Positions 1 through 8,700 of a DNA stretch of 13,331 nt are shown one piece after another. Each line of letters begins with the position of its first letter. Positions within the stretch are counted from its first letter, which is position 1. Location: NCBI GenBank assembly GCA_031409335.1, contig JANNWY010000199.1, positions 1 to 13,331 of the forward strand. Direction: 5' to 3'. A program made the position numbers and the translations under genes. The notes under the pieces are model-generated. The model was not told the origin of the DNA, did not search any database, and saw only the letters and a list, made by a program, of their open reading frames with translations. This DNA comes from Chthoniobacteraceae bacterium. Its GTDB lineage: Bacteria; Verrucomicrobiota; Verrucomicrobiia; Chthoniobacterales; Chthoniobacteraceae.

Positions 1-149
1 TGGCGGGCGTGCGCGGGCTCCTGGTGATGGCCTATGATCGGTTCTGGCGACCGTTTCTGAGGTTACTCTGCCGATTCGCGCACTCTGCGCGCTTTGGCCG
101 CGAATATCTCCAATCCCAGCAAGGCTACCCTCTGTCCGCCGTCGCTTGA
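1..149 (+). CDS. 3' end of an ORF entering from the left edge; probable C-terminal tail of an IS5/IS1182-type transposase (partial)
   Basis: Frame 3 is open from base 3 to TGA at 147-149 (AGVRGLLVMAYDRFWRPFLRLLCRFAHSARFGREYLQSQQGYPLSAVA*); the other two + frames stop within 40 nt. The stop abuts an IS-type terminal repeat. No catalytic motif is visible, so the product call rests on context. Confidence 0.4.
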   Translation, partial: AGVRGLLVMAYDRFWRPFLRLLCRFAHSARFGREYLQSQQGYPLSAVA

Positions 150-171
150 GGGTTTTTCAACAGACTGCTAA
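1..171 (+). mobile_element. Right end of a probable IS5/IS1182-like insertion sequence: terminal inverted repeat ~148-167 plus putative target site CTAA at 168-171
   Basis: 148-171 reads GAGGGTTTTTCAACAGACTG|CTAA. I recognise TTTTTCAACAGNCTG followed by CTAR as a common IS5/IS1182-type end, and CTAA fits the YTAR target preference of IS5. The left repeat is outside the window. Confidence 0.55.
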
Positions 172-244
172 AGATGGCGAGGGCGCAGACTCCCGCGGAG
201 ATGAGCGCGGTGGTTCGGGAATGGCGGCGCGCGGAAAACATCAT
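168..244 (-). pseudogene. 5' stub of a probable secreted-protein gene (possibly a fourth array member) interrupted by the IS
   Basis: ATG ATG at 244-239 gives MMFSARRHSRTTALISAGVCALAIF: a basic n-region plus hydrophobic h-region like the signal peptides of the neighbouring genes. It runs into the IS end at 168-171. Its leader (250-265) resembles the leader of the 2340-aa gene. Confidence 0.45.
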
Positions 245-291
245 TGGGAGACGGTCAGGCGGATGATTTTCCTGCCGGACGGGCGAGCGAA

Positions 292-337
292 AACTGTGGT
301 GGCGGGATCGTTCCCCAACGACCCCGCCACCGTAGTT
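292..337. other. 21-bp imperfect hairpin in the intergenic/leader region
   Basis: AACTGTGGTGGCGGGATCGTT (292-312), loop CCCC, AACGACCCCGCCACCGTAGTT (317-337); 18 of 21 pairs are Watson-Crick. Function unknown (terminator, attenuator or leader RNA). Confidence 0.6.
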
Positions 338-431
338 CGAGCGGATGCGCGCCGTCTTTTCCACAGCACACCCGACACGTCCCCGTTTTCCCCGAGGCCC
401 CCGTCAAGAAACCTCGGAAAAGTTTTCAAAA

Positions 432-454
432 GTAGTTCCCGACTTTAGTCGTCA
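432..454 (+). repeat. GTAG-type REP-like element, copy 1
   Basis: GTAGTTCCCGACTTTAGTCGTCA: GTAG tetranucleotide followed by the hairpin CGAC-TTTA-GTCG; 20/23 identical to the reverse complement of 537-559. Confidence 0.75.
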
Positions 455-536
455 CGACGCACTAGCTGGGTGCAGCGCACGATTTGGAATGAGACATTGT
501 TTGGAACTTGATGCGCACTTTGATGGCGATGCGTTT

Positions 537-559
537 TGACGGCTAAAGTCGCGGACTAC
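537..559 (-). repeat. GTAG-type REP-like element, copy 2 (overlaps the stop codon of the 556-5589 gene)
   Basis: Minus strand GTAGTCCGCGACTTTAGCCGTCA. The TAG at 558-556 is the gene's stop codon. It is the inverted partner of copy 1, forming a 128-bp REPIN-like unit (432-559). Confidence 0.75.
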
Positions 560-630
560 TTTCGCCGGCGCGCGCCGAGCAGCGTGAGCATTCCGCCAAA
601 GAGTAGCGCGGCGCTGCCGGGCTCGGGCAC
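556..630 (-). other. PEP-CTERM sorting domain of the 556-5589 gene
   Basis: VPEPGSAALLFGGMLTLLGARRRK*. Confidence 0.92.
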
Positions 631-3600
631 GCCTTGGATTGACGCCGCTCCGAAGTCGTCGCCGAATTCCGGCGGCGCGGGTGGCGCGGGATTTCCCAGC
701 ACGAAGGTGCCGCCGTCGTTGATGGTGAGGGTCGCGAGCGTCTGGCTGACGGTCGCGTAGGCGATGGCTGCGGCGTTCACGGTCACCGCGGAATTGTTCG
801 CGTCCGCGTTGAGGTCGAGCCGTCCGCCGTTGGCAGTGATCGTGGCATTGGCAAGCACGCTGTTCAGGTTCGTGCGGCCTTCGTTTTGGTTGAGCGTCGG
901 GAAGGTCAGCGTCCCGCCCAGCGTTTGCGCGCCCGCGCCTTTTTTCGTGACGATGATGTCGCCGCTGATCGAGCCGTCGTAGGTGAAGTCGGCGGTGTCG
1001 TTGATCGTGAGTATGGAAGGGCTGCCGCCGCTGTTACTAACGAGGCCGTTCACGCTCGTCGTCGCGGTGTCGCGCAGGCCGGCGATTTCCTGGCTGAAAC
1101 CGGCGAGGTCGAAAGTGGCTGCGTCCGTCACCGCGTTGGCGAAGTCCACATCGAGGACGGTGGTCGTCGGGAGCGCGTTTGTTTTACCAATGCGCAGGGT
1201 GCCGCGCACGATGTTCGTCACGCCAGTGTAGGTGTTCGCCGCGGTCGGATTCAGCACGACGACACCGCTGCCGAACTGGCCGGAAATCGTGAGGTTGGTG
1301 CCAGCGCCAGCGCCGATCGCGCCGGTGACGGTGAGCGTGCTGCCCGAGATGGCTCCGAGTCGCGCGTCGCTGCTGCCGAGGGTGATATTACCGCCCCAGG
1401 TGCCGTCGCCGGAGCCGCCTTGCAGCGCGCCCAGGAAATTGACGCCAGCGCCGCTGATGGTGAGCGGCTCGCCGACCACGGTGATGCCGCCGCTCAGTTC
1501 GATGCGCCCATTACTCGCGACGACGGTGCCACTCGCGGTCGTGCCAAAGGCGTCGGCGTGCTGGGCGATGATGGCTCCGGCGGTGACGGTGGTCAGGCCC
1601 GTGTGGGTGTTCGGGAGATTGATCGTGAGGGTCGCCGTGCCGGATTTTTCGAGGTTGCCCGCGCCGCCGATCGCGGTGTTGAGCGTGGTGGAAAATGGCG
1701 GGGCAAAGTTGAGCGTGCCGGCGTTGATTGTCGTCGGTCCGAAGTAGGAGTTGTCGCCCGTTAGCGTAAGCGTTCCCGAGCCATGCTTGATGACCGCGCC
1801 GGTGCCGCTCACGGAGTGGCTGCGCGTGGCATTCACCGCGCCGAAATCGTAGGTCAGCGTGGCATCGTTCACCACGAGCGTCGTTGCCCCAAAGCCCCCC
1901 ACGTCCGCGGCCCCGTTGCCGAGCTGCACTTCACCGGAGACGATCGCCACCGATGGAATGTTGTTCGTGTTGGCGATGGTGACTTTGCCCGTGTTGCTCT
2001 TGGTCAGGCTGTTCGCCGTGATGGCTGCGCCGGTGAGCGTGTAGGCGGTGGTGTTATCGAAGGTGATGGCATCCGCACTCAGCGCCGTCTGCACCGTCGG
2101 CGCGAAGTTCGACGCCGTGTTATTAAAGAGCACGCTGTCTCCGGCGAAGAAGACATCGTCCACGCCACCGAGCGTGAAATTCTGCGTCGTCGAGTTCACG
2201 TCCCAAAACGTGGGATTCGTGCCGTTGCCGCCTTTCCACACCACGCTGCCCGCGGCGTAGTCGAAGAGCACTTGGGTCGCCGTGGTGCTGAGTGTGCCGC
2301 GCGTGTTGAGTTTGAAATCGCTCGCGCCATTCGTGGTGAGCGTGGTGCCTTCCAAGACGACGATGCCCGCCCCACTCGTCACCGGCGCGGTGAGGTTGAC
2401 GATGATCTTCGAGCCCGCGCCCGCCGTCGTGTTGATGGAGCCTGCGCGGAAGTATTCATTTGCCCCGCCCGTGGTCGGGTTGAACACGATCTTCGATCCG
2501 CCGCCGAAAACGACGCTGCCGGTCGTCGAGCCTTCGCCCGTCAGCGTTCCGCCCGCACCGATGGTGATGTTGCTCGTCAAAGCGGACGCGGCATCGAGCG
2601 TGAGCGTGCCCGTGTTTCCGATATCGAAAGAACTCGTCGCAAACGTCGCGACAGGCCCGAGCGTGAGTCCGCCGCCCGAGATGGTCGTCGCGCCAGTGTA
2701 GGTATGCACGCCGGTGAGCGTCTGGGTGAAGCTGCCCGTTTTTGCGAGGCTGATGCCATTGGTCGCGCCGTTTTGGATCGTGCCGGGGAAGGTCTGATTC
2801 GCCAGCGGATTGAGCGTGAGCGTGGAGTCTGCCGCGCCGTCGTTGGTGATGATTGCGTCCGACCCAAGACCGCTCAGCGTCGCGAGGCCAGCCACTGTCG
2901 TGCTAAAGCCATTCAGATCGAGTCTGCTGACACCGACGGTGGCAATGCCGACACGGAGAAGGCTCGCGGCGGGCAGGGCGTTGTTCGCGCCGAGCTTCAC
3001 CGTGCTGCCGTAAATATCCGTCAAGCCGGTCCAGCTATTGCCGGCGCCGCTGAGGAGGATGGTCCCGGCAGTCGTCGAGCCGCCGCGGAAAATGAGCGCC
3101 AGTCCCGGAGTGGCCTCGGTGATTGGGCCGGAGAGTTCCAGCGATGCGCCATCCTGCACACCGATGCGCGTGTTGGTCGTCGTGAAACTCACCGGACCGG
3201 CGACCACGTTGCCCGTGCCGCTCACGCCCTGAATCGCACCGCGCTGATTGAAGGCTCCGCTGAAGAAATGATTCGTCACCTGCACGCCCGTGCCGGAAAT
3301 GGTGATCGCTTCGCCCGCCGGGACCGTCACGCCATCGCGCAGTCCGAGCGATGCGCCGCTCGCCACCGTCGTTCCGCCCGCCGTGCTGCCGAGCGTGCCC
3401 GCGCCGGTCAGCACGATCGAGCCACCCGAGCCCACGGTCGCCGCCGCGATGGTCGTCGTGCCTGCGTACGTGTTGGCCGTGTCGATGGTCAGCATCTGGG
3501 TGCCGGATTTTTCCACGCCGCCCGCGCCGCCGATGGTCGTATCGAGATTAGTCGCCGACGTCGGGGCAAAGCCAAGCGTGCCCGCGTTCACCGTCGTCGT

Positions 3601-5589
3601 CCCCGTGGCGGTGATGGCACCGTTGAACGTCAGCTTGCCCGCGCCATTTTTCACGATCGTGCCCGCGCCGCTTACATTGTTTCCGCGCACCACATCCACC
3701 GCGCCGAAGTCGTAGCTGAGTGTCGCGTTATTCGTCACGTTGGCCGCGCCGAGCGAGCCCGTCCCGGTCGCACCATCACCGACCTGCACTTCGCCCGCGT
3801 CGATCGTCACCAAAGTGATCGTATTCGCGTTGCCGATCGTCACTTTTCCAGCGCCGATTTTCGCAAGGCTCGTGGCCGTCACCGCTGCGCCCGAGAGCGT
3901 GTAAGTTACCGAGTTATCAAAGGTCAACGCGCCCGCCGCGAGCGCACTCTGCACCATGGGATTAAAGTTGGAGGCCGAGTCGTTGAAGGTCACGTCGTCG
4001 CCACCGAGGAAGAAATCATCCACCCCGCCGAGCGTGAAATTTTGCCCGGTCGTATTCAGATCCCAGAAGGTCGGACTCGTGCCGTTGCTGCCCTTCCACA
4101 CCACGCTCCCGGCTCCAAAATCGAACAGCAATTGGGTCGCGGACAGCGTCAGCGTGCCGCGCGTGTTCAGCTTGAAATCGCTCAGTCCATTTGTCGTGAT
4201 CGACCCGCCTTCAAAAACCACGACGCCCGTACTGATCGTGGCGGCGGTCAGGTTCAGATTGATTTTCGTCCCCGCGCCCGCCGTCGTATTGATGTTCCCC
4301 GTCGTGCGAAAATACTCATTCGCCCCCACCGTGTTCGCGTCGAAAGCGAAAGTGGAGCCCGCGCCGAAAACGACACCCGTCGTCGAAGCACCCTCGCCAC
4401 GCAGCGTGCCGCCCGTATTCACCGAGATCAGCGCGGAGGTCGAGCCCGCGAAGGTCGCGATGCCGCCGCTGTTGATCGTGATCGCGCCCGACGTGCCGTT
4501 GATATTCGCCGCGCCGCCATTGTTCACATTGATGATGTTCGTGAGCCCGGTGGCATTCGAGACCAGCGTGCCGGTGCTATTCACATTAAACGCGCTCGTC
4601 GCAAATGTGCTCGCCGCCGCCAGCGTCAGCGTCCCGCCATTCACCGCCGTCGCGCCGGTGTAAGTATTCCCTGCGCTATTCAGCGACAGATTGCCGGTGC
4701 CGGTCTTGATGAATCCGCCACCACCGCCCGCGTCGAACAAAGCCTGGCTCACCGCCGCTCCCGTCACCGCCGCATTCACCTCGATCCGCGCTCCACCGGA
4801 TTTCACATTCACCGTATCGAGCGAGCCGAGCAGCCCGCCATTGTTCGCGGTGATTCGGAGCAAACCGCCGTTCAAATTCACCGTCGAAGTCGTCCGCACC
4901 TGGGCCACATTCGCCGGACCTTCCCGGACCGATCCGACCTCCATCGTGCCGCCGTCGAGATTCAGCACCCCGGTAATCTGGGTCGCGCCACCGTTGGTAT
5001 TGGCGACATCATTGAAACGGAACTCGCTCACTTTCAACAAACCCGCTCCCGAGACCGACACGGTGCCGTTTAACGTAATCGCTGTGGCCGTGCTGAACGT
5101 GCCGATCGCCAAAACCCGGCCACCTGTCGTATCCGAAGTCGTCAAATCCAGCGTGCCTCCGCTCACATTGAGCACACCCGTGGCATTGTTCACATTGGCC
5201 GAAACCAAGGAAGCGGTCGTCGGCCCCGCAGTGGCGTTGGCCTGCAAGATGCCGCCGGTGATATTCAAGGTGCCGGTGCCAGCGGTGAAGCCGAGCAGGA
5301 ACGCCCGGCTATCGGCAGCGATGTTGGCACCAAGCATCGTCGTGCCTTGCGCCGCGCCATACGTCACCGTCGTGCCGCCATTGAAATTGATCCGCTGATT
5401 AAACGCGCCGGAAGGCACCACGCCGCCGGACCAAAACGCGGGATTCGCCCAGTTATCGGAGGCACCGGTGTAAGCGGTCACGGCACGAGCAGAATGCGGC
5501 GCGAGCGATGCCAGCGCGGCGACGGTGAGCGCGCTCGTGGCAAGACGTTGGGCGATGGAATGGCGGAGGATGCGATGGGCGGATTTCAT
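556..5589 (-). CDS. Large secreted PEP-CTERM protein with autotransporter-associated beta-strand (PATR) repeats, ~1677 aa
   Basis: Long ORF. ATG at 5589 (MKSAHRILRHSIAQRLATSALTVAALASLAPHSARA, signal peptide ending in AxA) is preferred over the track's TTG at 5637. About 11 KxGxGxLTLxxxNTYTG-like repeats, G/T/A/N/S-rich. C-terminus VPEPGSAALLFGGMLTLLGARRRK (PEP motif, TM helix, basic tail). No C-terminal beta-barrel. Confidence 0.93.
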   Translation of the reverse strand: MKSAHRILRHSIAQRLATSALTVAALASLAPHSARAVTAYTGASDNWANPAFWSGGVVPSGAFNQRINFNGGTTVTYGAAQGTTMLGANIAADSRAFLLGFTAGTGTLNITGGILQANATAGPTTASLVSANVNNATGVLNVSGGTLDLTTSDTTGGRVLAIGTFSTATAITLNGTVSVSGAGLLKVSEFRFNDVANTNGGATQITGVLNLDGGTMEVGSVREGPANVAQVRTTSTVNLNGGLLRITANNGGLLGSLDTVNVKSGGARIEVNAAVTGAAVSQALFDAGGGGGFIKTGTGNLSLNSAGNTYTGATAVNGGTLTLAAASTFATSAFNVNSTGTLVSNATGLTNIINVNNGGAANINGTSGAITINSGGIATFAGSTSALISVNTGGTLRGEGASTTGVVFGAGSTFAFDANTVGANEYFRTTGNINTTAGAGTKINLNLTAATISTGVVVFEGGSITTNGLSDFKLNTRGTLTLSATQLLFDFGAGSVVWKGSNGTSPTFWDLNTTGQNFTLGGVDDFFLGGDDVTFNDSASNFNPMVQSALAAGALTFDNSVTYTLSGAAVTATSLAKIGAGKVTIGNANTITLVTIDAGEVQVGDGATGTGSLGAANVTNNATLSYDFGAVDVVRGNNVSGAGTIVKNGAGKLTFNGAITATGTTTVNAGTLGFAPTSATNLDTTIGGAGGVEKSGTQMLTIDTANTYAGTTTIAAATVGSGGSIVLTGAGTLGSTAGGTTVASGASLGLRDGVTVPAGEAITISGTGVQVTNHFFSGAFNQRGAIQGVSGTGNVVAGPVSFTTTNTRIGVQDGASLELSGPITEATPGLALIFRGGSTTAGTILLSGAGNSWTGLTDIYGSTVKLGANNALPAASLLRVGIATVGVSRLDLNGFSTTVAGLATLSGLGSDAIITNDGAADSTLTLNPLANQTFPGTIQNGATNGISLAKTGSFTQTLTGVHTYTGATTISGGGLTLGPVATFATSSFDIGNTGTLTLDAASALTSNITIGAGGTLTGEGSTTGSVVFGGGSKIVFNPTTGGANEYFRAGSINTTAGAGSKIIVNLTAPVTSGAGIVVLEGTTLTTNGASDFKLNTRGTLSTTATQVLFDYAAGSVVWKGGNGTNPTFWDVNSTTQNFTLGGVDDVFFAGDSVLFNNTASNFAPTVQTALSADAITFDNTTAYTLTGAAITANSLTKSNTGKVTIANTNNIPSVAIVSGEVQLGNGAADVGGFGATTLVVNDATLTYDFGAVNATRSHSVSGTGAVIKHGSGTLTLTGDNSYFGPTTINAGTLNFAPPFSTTLNTAIGGAGNLEKSGTATLTINLPNTHTGLTTVTAGAIIAQHADAFGTTASGTVVASNGRIELSGGITVVGEPLTISGAGVNFLGALQGGSGDGTWGGNITLGSSDARLGAISGSTLTVTGAIGAGAGTNLTISGQFGSGVVVLNPTAANTYTGVTNIVRGTLRIGKTNALPTTTVLDVDFANAVTDAATFDLAGFSQEIAGLRDTATTSVNGLVSNSGGSPSILTINDTADFTYDGSISGDIIVTKKGAGAQTLGGTLTFPTLNQNEGRTNLNSVLANATITANGGRLDLNADANNSAVTVNAAAIAYATVSQTLATLTINDGGTFVLGNPAPPAPPEFGDDFGAASIQGVPEPGSAALLFGGMLTLLGARRRK
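905..4670 (-). repeat. Intragenic tandem duplication of ~600-650 aa (unit A ~4670-2710, unit B ~2709-905; ends approximate)
   Basis: Colinear paralogous peptides, e.g. FKLNTRGTLTLSATQLLFDFGAGSVVWKGSNGTSPTFWDLN versus FKLNTRGTLSTTATQVLFDYAAGSVVWKGGNGTNPTFWDVN. Offset is 1860 nt at FTLGGVDD and 1962 nt at the opening TYTG motif. Confidence 0.85.
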
Positions 5590-5694
5590 GAATGGGAGAG
5601 TTCGGGGTTGATGTTTCCTTGTCGTGACGCGCGGCAAACAGCACGGGGAATTTTTTGGCCGCGTCTCAGCCAGCTCAATGGGCCGGCAGAGTTA

Positions 5695-5716
5695 CGACGA
5701 CTAAAGTCGCAACTAC
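5695..5716 (-). repeat. GTAG-type REP-like element, copy 3 (overlaps the stop codon of the 2340-aa gene; unpaired)
   Basis: Minus strand GTAGTTGCGACTTTAGTCGTCG. The TAG at 5715-5713 is the stop codon. No GTAG partner is seen in 5590-5694. Confidence 0.75.
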
Positions 5717-5790
5717 CTTCGCCGACGGCGCGCACCGAGCAACGTCAACATTCCGCCAAAGAGCAGCGCGGCGCTCCCAGGCTCGGGCAC
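5713..5790 (-). other. PEP-CTERM sorting domain of the 2340-aa gene
   Basis: VPEPGSAALLFGGMLTLLGARRRRR*. Confidence 0.92.
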
Positions 5791-8700
5791 TGCGGCCGGG
5801 GCAGTCACGAACGCTTCCGCTCCGCCAAAGCCGCCGCCAAACTCCGGCGCCGGTGCCGCACCCACACCGCCCAGCGTGGCGACGGCACCATCGGCAATGT
5901 TCAATGCGCCTAGTGTCTGGCTCACTCCGAAGTTCGTCGTTCCACCGTTGGCATTCACCACATTCGCGCCAGCTCCGATTGTTCCGTCGATGTTGAGCGT
6001 GCCAGCCGTCACGGTCGTCGCGCGGGTGTAGGTGTTCGTGCCGGAGAGCGTCCAGGTTCCGGTGCCAGATTTAGTGACGGCGAGGGCTGGTGTGCCGAGG
6101 ATGTCGCCGCTGAGTTCGCCGTTGCCTTCGCCGATAAGTCCAAGGGTCGGCAGGGTGCCGGTTCCCCCGACGGTGATGTCACCACTCAGGGTCAGCAGTT
6201 GGCCTGCGGTGGTGTTTTCAATGATGCCGCCGTTGGCCTGCGCGGCGTTGCTCTGGATATCAATGTCACGGTCGCTCGATCCGCCGCTGGCTCCGGTGAA
6301 CTGGAGGGTGCCGGTGTTATTAAAGCCGGACTGCCCGAGCGTGATCACCGTGCCTGCACCGATGGCGGAGGCGAGCGACTTGTCGGCGATGCTGGCTACG
6401 CTGACGATCCCCTTGGAAATGTTCATTGAGCCGGTCCATGCGTTATTTGCATTGGTGAGGGTCAAGGTGCTGTTTTCCGTATGCGTCACGTTGCCAGTGT
6501 GCGTGGCAGGGATGATGCCGTTCATCGTGATGCTGCCGTTGCCTCGGAAGATGAGAACCAAGGCTCCACCGGTGATGTCGCCGTTGAGCGTCAGCAGGCC
6601 GGTTCCGCTGTTAAAAATGGAGCTGTTGGCAGCCGCGTTGGTCAGATTGATCACGCGGTCAGTCGAGGTCGCTGCGCCGGTATAGGTGAGCGTTCCACTG
6701 AGGTCGATGGTTCCTTCCGCAACGGTCGTCGGTGCGCCGAGTGCGCTGGCTCCCGCACCGACGTCGCCGATGCTGTTAAAGGTGAGCCCGCCCGCGGAGA
6801 CCGTGGTTTTTCCGGTGTAGGTATTTGCGCCGGTGAGGGTCAAAGTTCCGGCACCTGCTTTGGTGAATCCGCCACCCAGGGAAACACCGTCGGTTCGCAG
6901 TGCCTGCGTGACGGTGATGTTGTTCGCGATTTCAAAACGAGCACCGCCCGCTTTGATGAATGCATTGGTAAGTCCGCCCATGTAGGTGGCGCTCGCGGCG
7001 AGTGAACGCAGGGTGCCGCCGTCGAAGTTGATCGTCGCAGTCGAACCCGCCCCGCGCGCGGTGGGGAAGGCGGGCAGGGTCACGTCCGCGGTGTCGCGGA
7101 TATGGATGGTCGAAGTGCTCGCGTTGGCACCCGAGAGCACGTTAAAAGTCGCAGCCGTGAAAGTGCCGCCAGAGAGGTCTAGCGTGGCATTGGCATTGGC
7201 ATTGTTCGCGGGCGCCGTGTTGGAACCACCCATCTGTAGGATGCCCACCGTCGCGGTGCCGCCGGTCTGGGTGAAGGTGCCGGTCACGCCCGATGCAGGG
7301 CTATTGTCCGAACGGGTGATTTGCAGCGTGGAAGTCGCGGGCATCGTGAGCGTGCCCGTGTCGCTGAGGTTAAAGGTGCCCGTCGTGCCGGTATTGACCC
7401 CAACAGTCACGCCGAGCGAGCCGGCGATCGTGGTCAGCGTGCCCGTGCCGCTGAGGTTGTAGGTGCCGGTGGCACCAAGATTGCCGATGAGCAACTGGTT
7501 GCCGATGGTCGTCAGACTGCCGCCGGATTGATTCAGGATGCCGGTGCTGGCGATGCCACTGCCGACGAGGAAATTCGAACCGGCGCCTCCGACCGCGAAT
7601 GTGCCGTCCGTGACGTTCAGAGTCCCCGTGCTTCCGGTCACCGTGCCGACATTGAAGCCGCCGGTGGCCGCGGCCGTGCGGGCACCGGAAAGCGTGAGCG
7701 TGCCCGCGCTGACCGTAGTGATCCCGGTATAGGTGTTCGCGCCGGCGAGCGTTAGCGTGCCCGCGCCCGCCTTGGTCAGGCTGAACGCACCGCCCACGAC
7801 GCCGCCGACCTTCAACGTGTTAGCCGTCACGGTGACCTGGCGGTTGGCGGCCAACGTCACGTCCCCCGCGCCGAGGTCGAGATTCTGGGTTCCGACAAAC
7901 GTGAAGTTCGCGTTCCAAGCCTGCACGTTGTTGTTTGCGTTGACCAAGTTCACGACGGAACTGTCCAAGTTGCCGCCGCTGAGGGTGAGCGTGCCAGTGC
8001 CAAGCGCGCTCGCATTGCCAAGGGTCACGGTGCCGCCCGCGAGAGTCGTCCCGCCGGCGTAGGTGTTCGCGCCGTTCAGGGTCAGCGGCCCGGTGCCCGT
8101 CTTGGTCAGGGTCGAAAACGAGTTGTCAGCGATGGCGGAATTGATGGTGAGGCCGCTCGCGGTGTTGTTGATGAGCGCCAGATCGCCGCCGGCAGTGGCC
8201 GAGGTCAGGATGCCATTATTGACTCCGGTGCCGATGGTCAGCCCGCCCGCCCCGGTGCCCACGAGGATGGCGCTGGTGGAGAGCGTCTGGCCGGCCGGGT
8301 CGATCGTGGCAGCGCTGCTGCCGCCGCTGGCGCTTTGGTTGAGTGTGTTGATCGTGGTGATGGCGGCACCCAGCGTGATGTTGTTCGCGCCACTGCCTTC
8401 GACGATGCGGACGTTGGTGGCCGCATTGTCGAGGATGATGCCAGCCGTCTGGCGCTGCACGTCCGTGTAAGTGGCCGCCGTGATCAGTCCAAGACCCGGG
8501 CTCGCCGAATTGGAAGCCCAGTCGGTCCCGCCAATCGTCGCCCAGGAGCCAAGGATGCCGTTGACGTTCGGGCTGTCGGTGGTCGCGATGTTGGGGGCGG
8601 CAAAGTCGATGCTGGCAACCGGATTCCGCGTGATCGTGCCCATCTGCAACACCGCGCCCGGAGCGCTGCTCGTCACGCGGGAAGCCGTGTTGGCCGTAAG

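Noticed and set aside
379..407. Minus-strand sigma70 promoter from TTGACG at 407-402
   Set aside because: No acceptable -10 hexamer at the expected spacing (GGGGAC at 17 nt).
125..539. Short ORFs 125-364 (full length), 146-448, 241-429, 244-435 and 345-539
   Set aside because: They cross hairpins, REP and IS-end sequence and have no protein-like features; only the 244-168 stub has independent support.
1783..5073. 1096-aa plus-strand ORF and the many other plus-strand ORFs over the big genes
   Set aside because: Antisense shadows. The long one is codon-aligned with the real gene and stays open because CTA/TCA/TTA codons are rare on the coding strand; its Arg-rich translation has no recognisable motif.
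5621..5629. GTCGTGACG matching the reverse complement of 450-458, as a remnant REP partner
   Set aside because: Only 9 bp in GC-rich DNA with no GTAG; compatible with chance.
5590..5637. TTG start at 5637 from the ORF track
   Set aside because: ATG at 5589 gives a normal signal peptide and a C-rich leader like that of the other genes.
5590..5715. Stop read-through fusing the two in-frame giant genes (UAG followed by a hairpin)
   Set aside because: Further in-frame stops at 5703-5701 (TAG) and 5694-5692 (TAA), and each gene has its own signal peptide and anchor.
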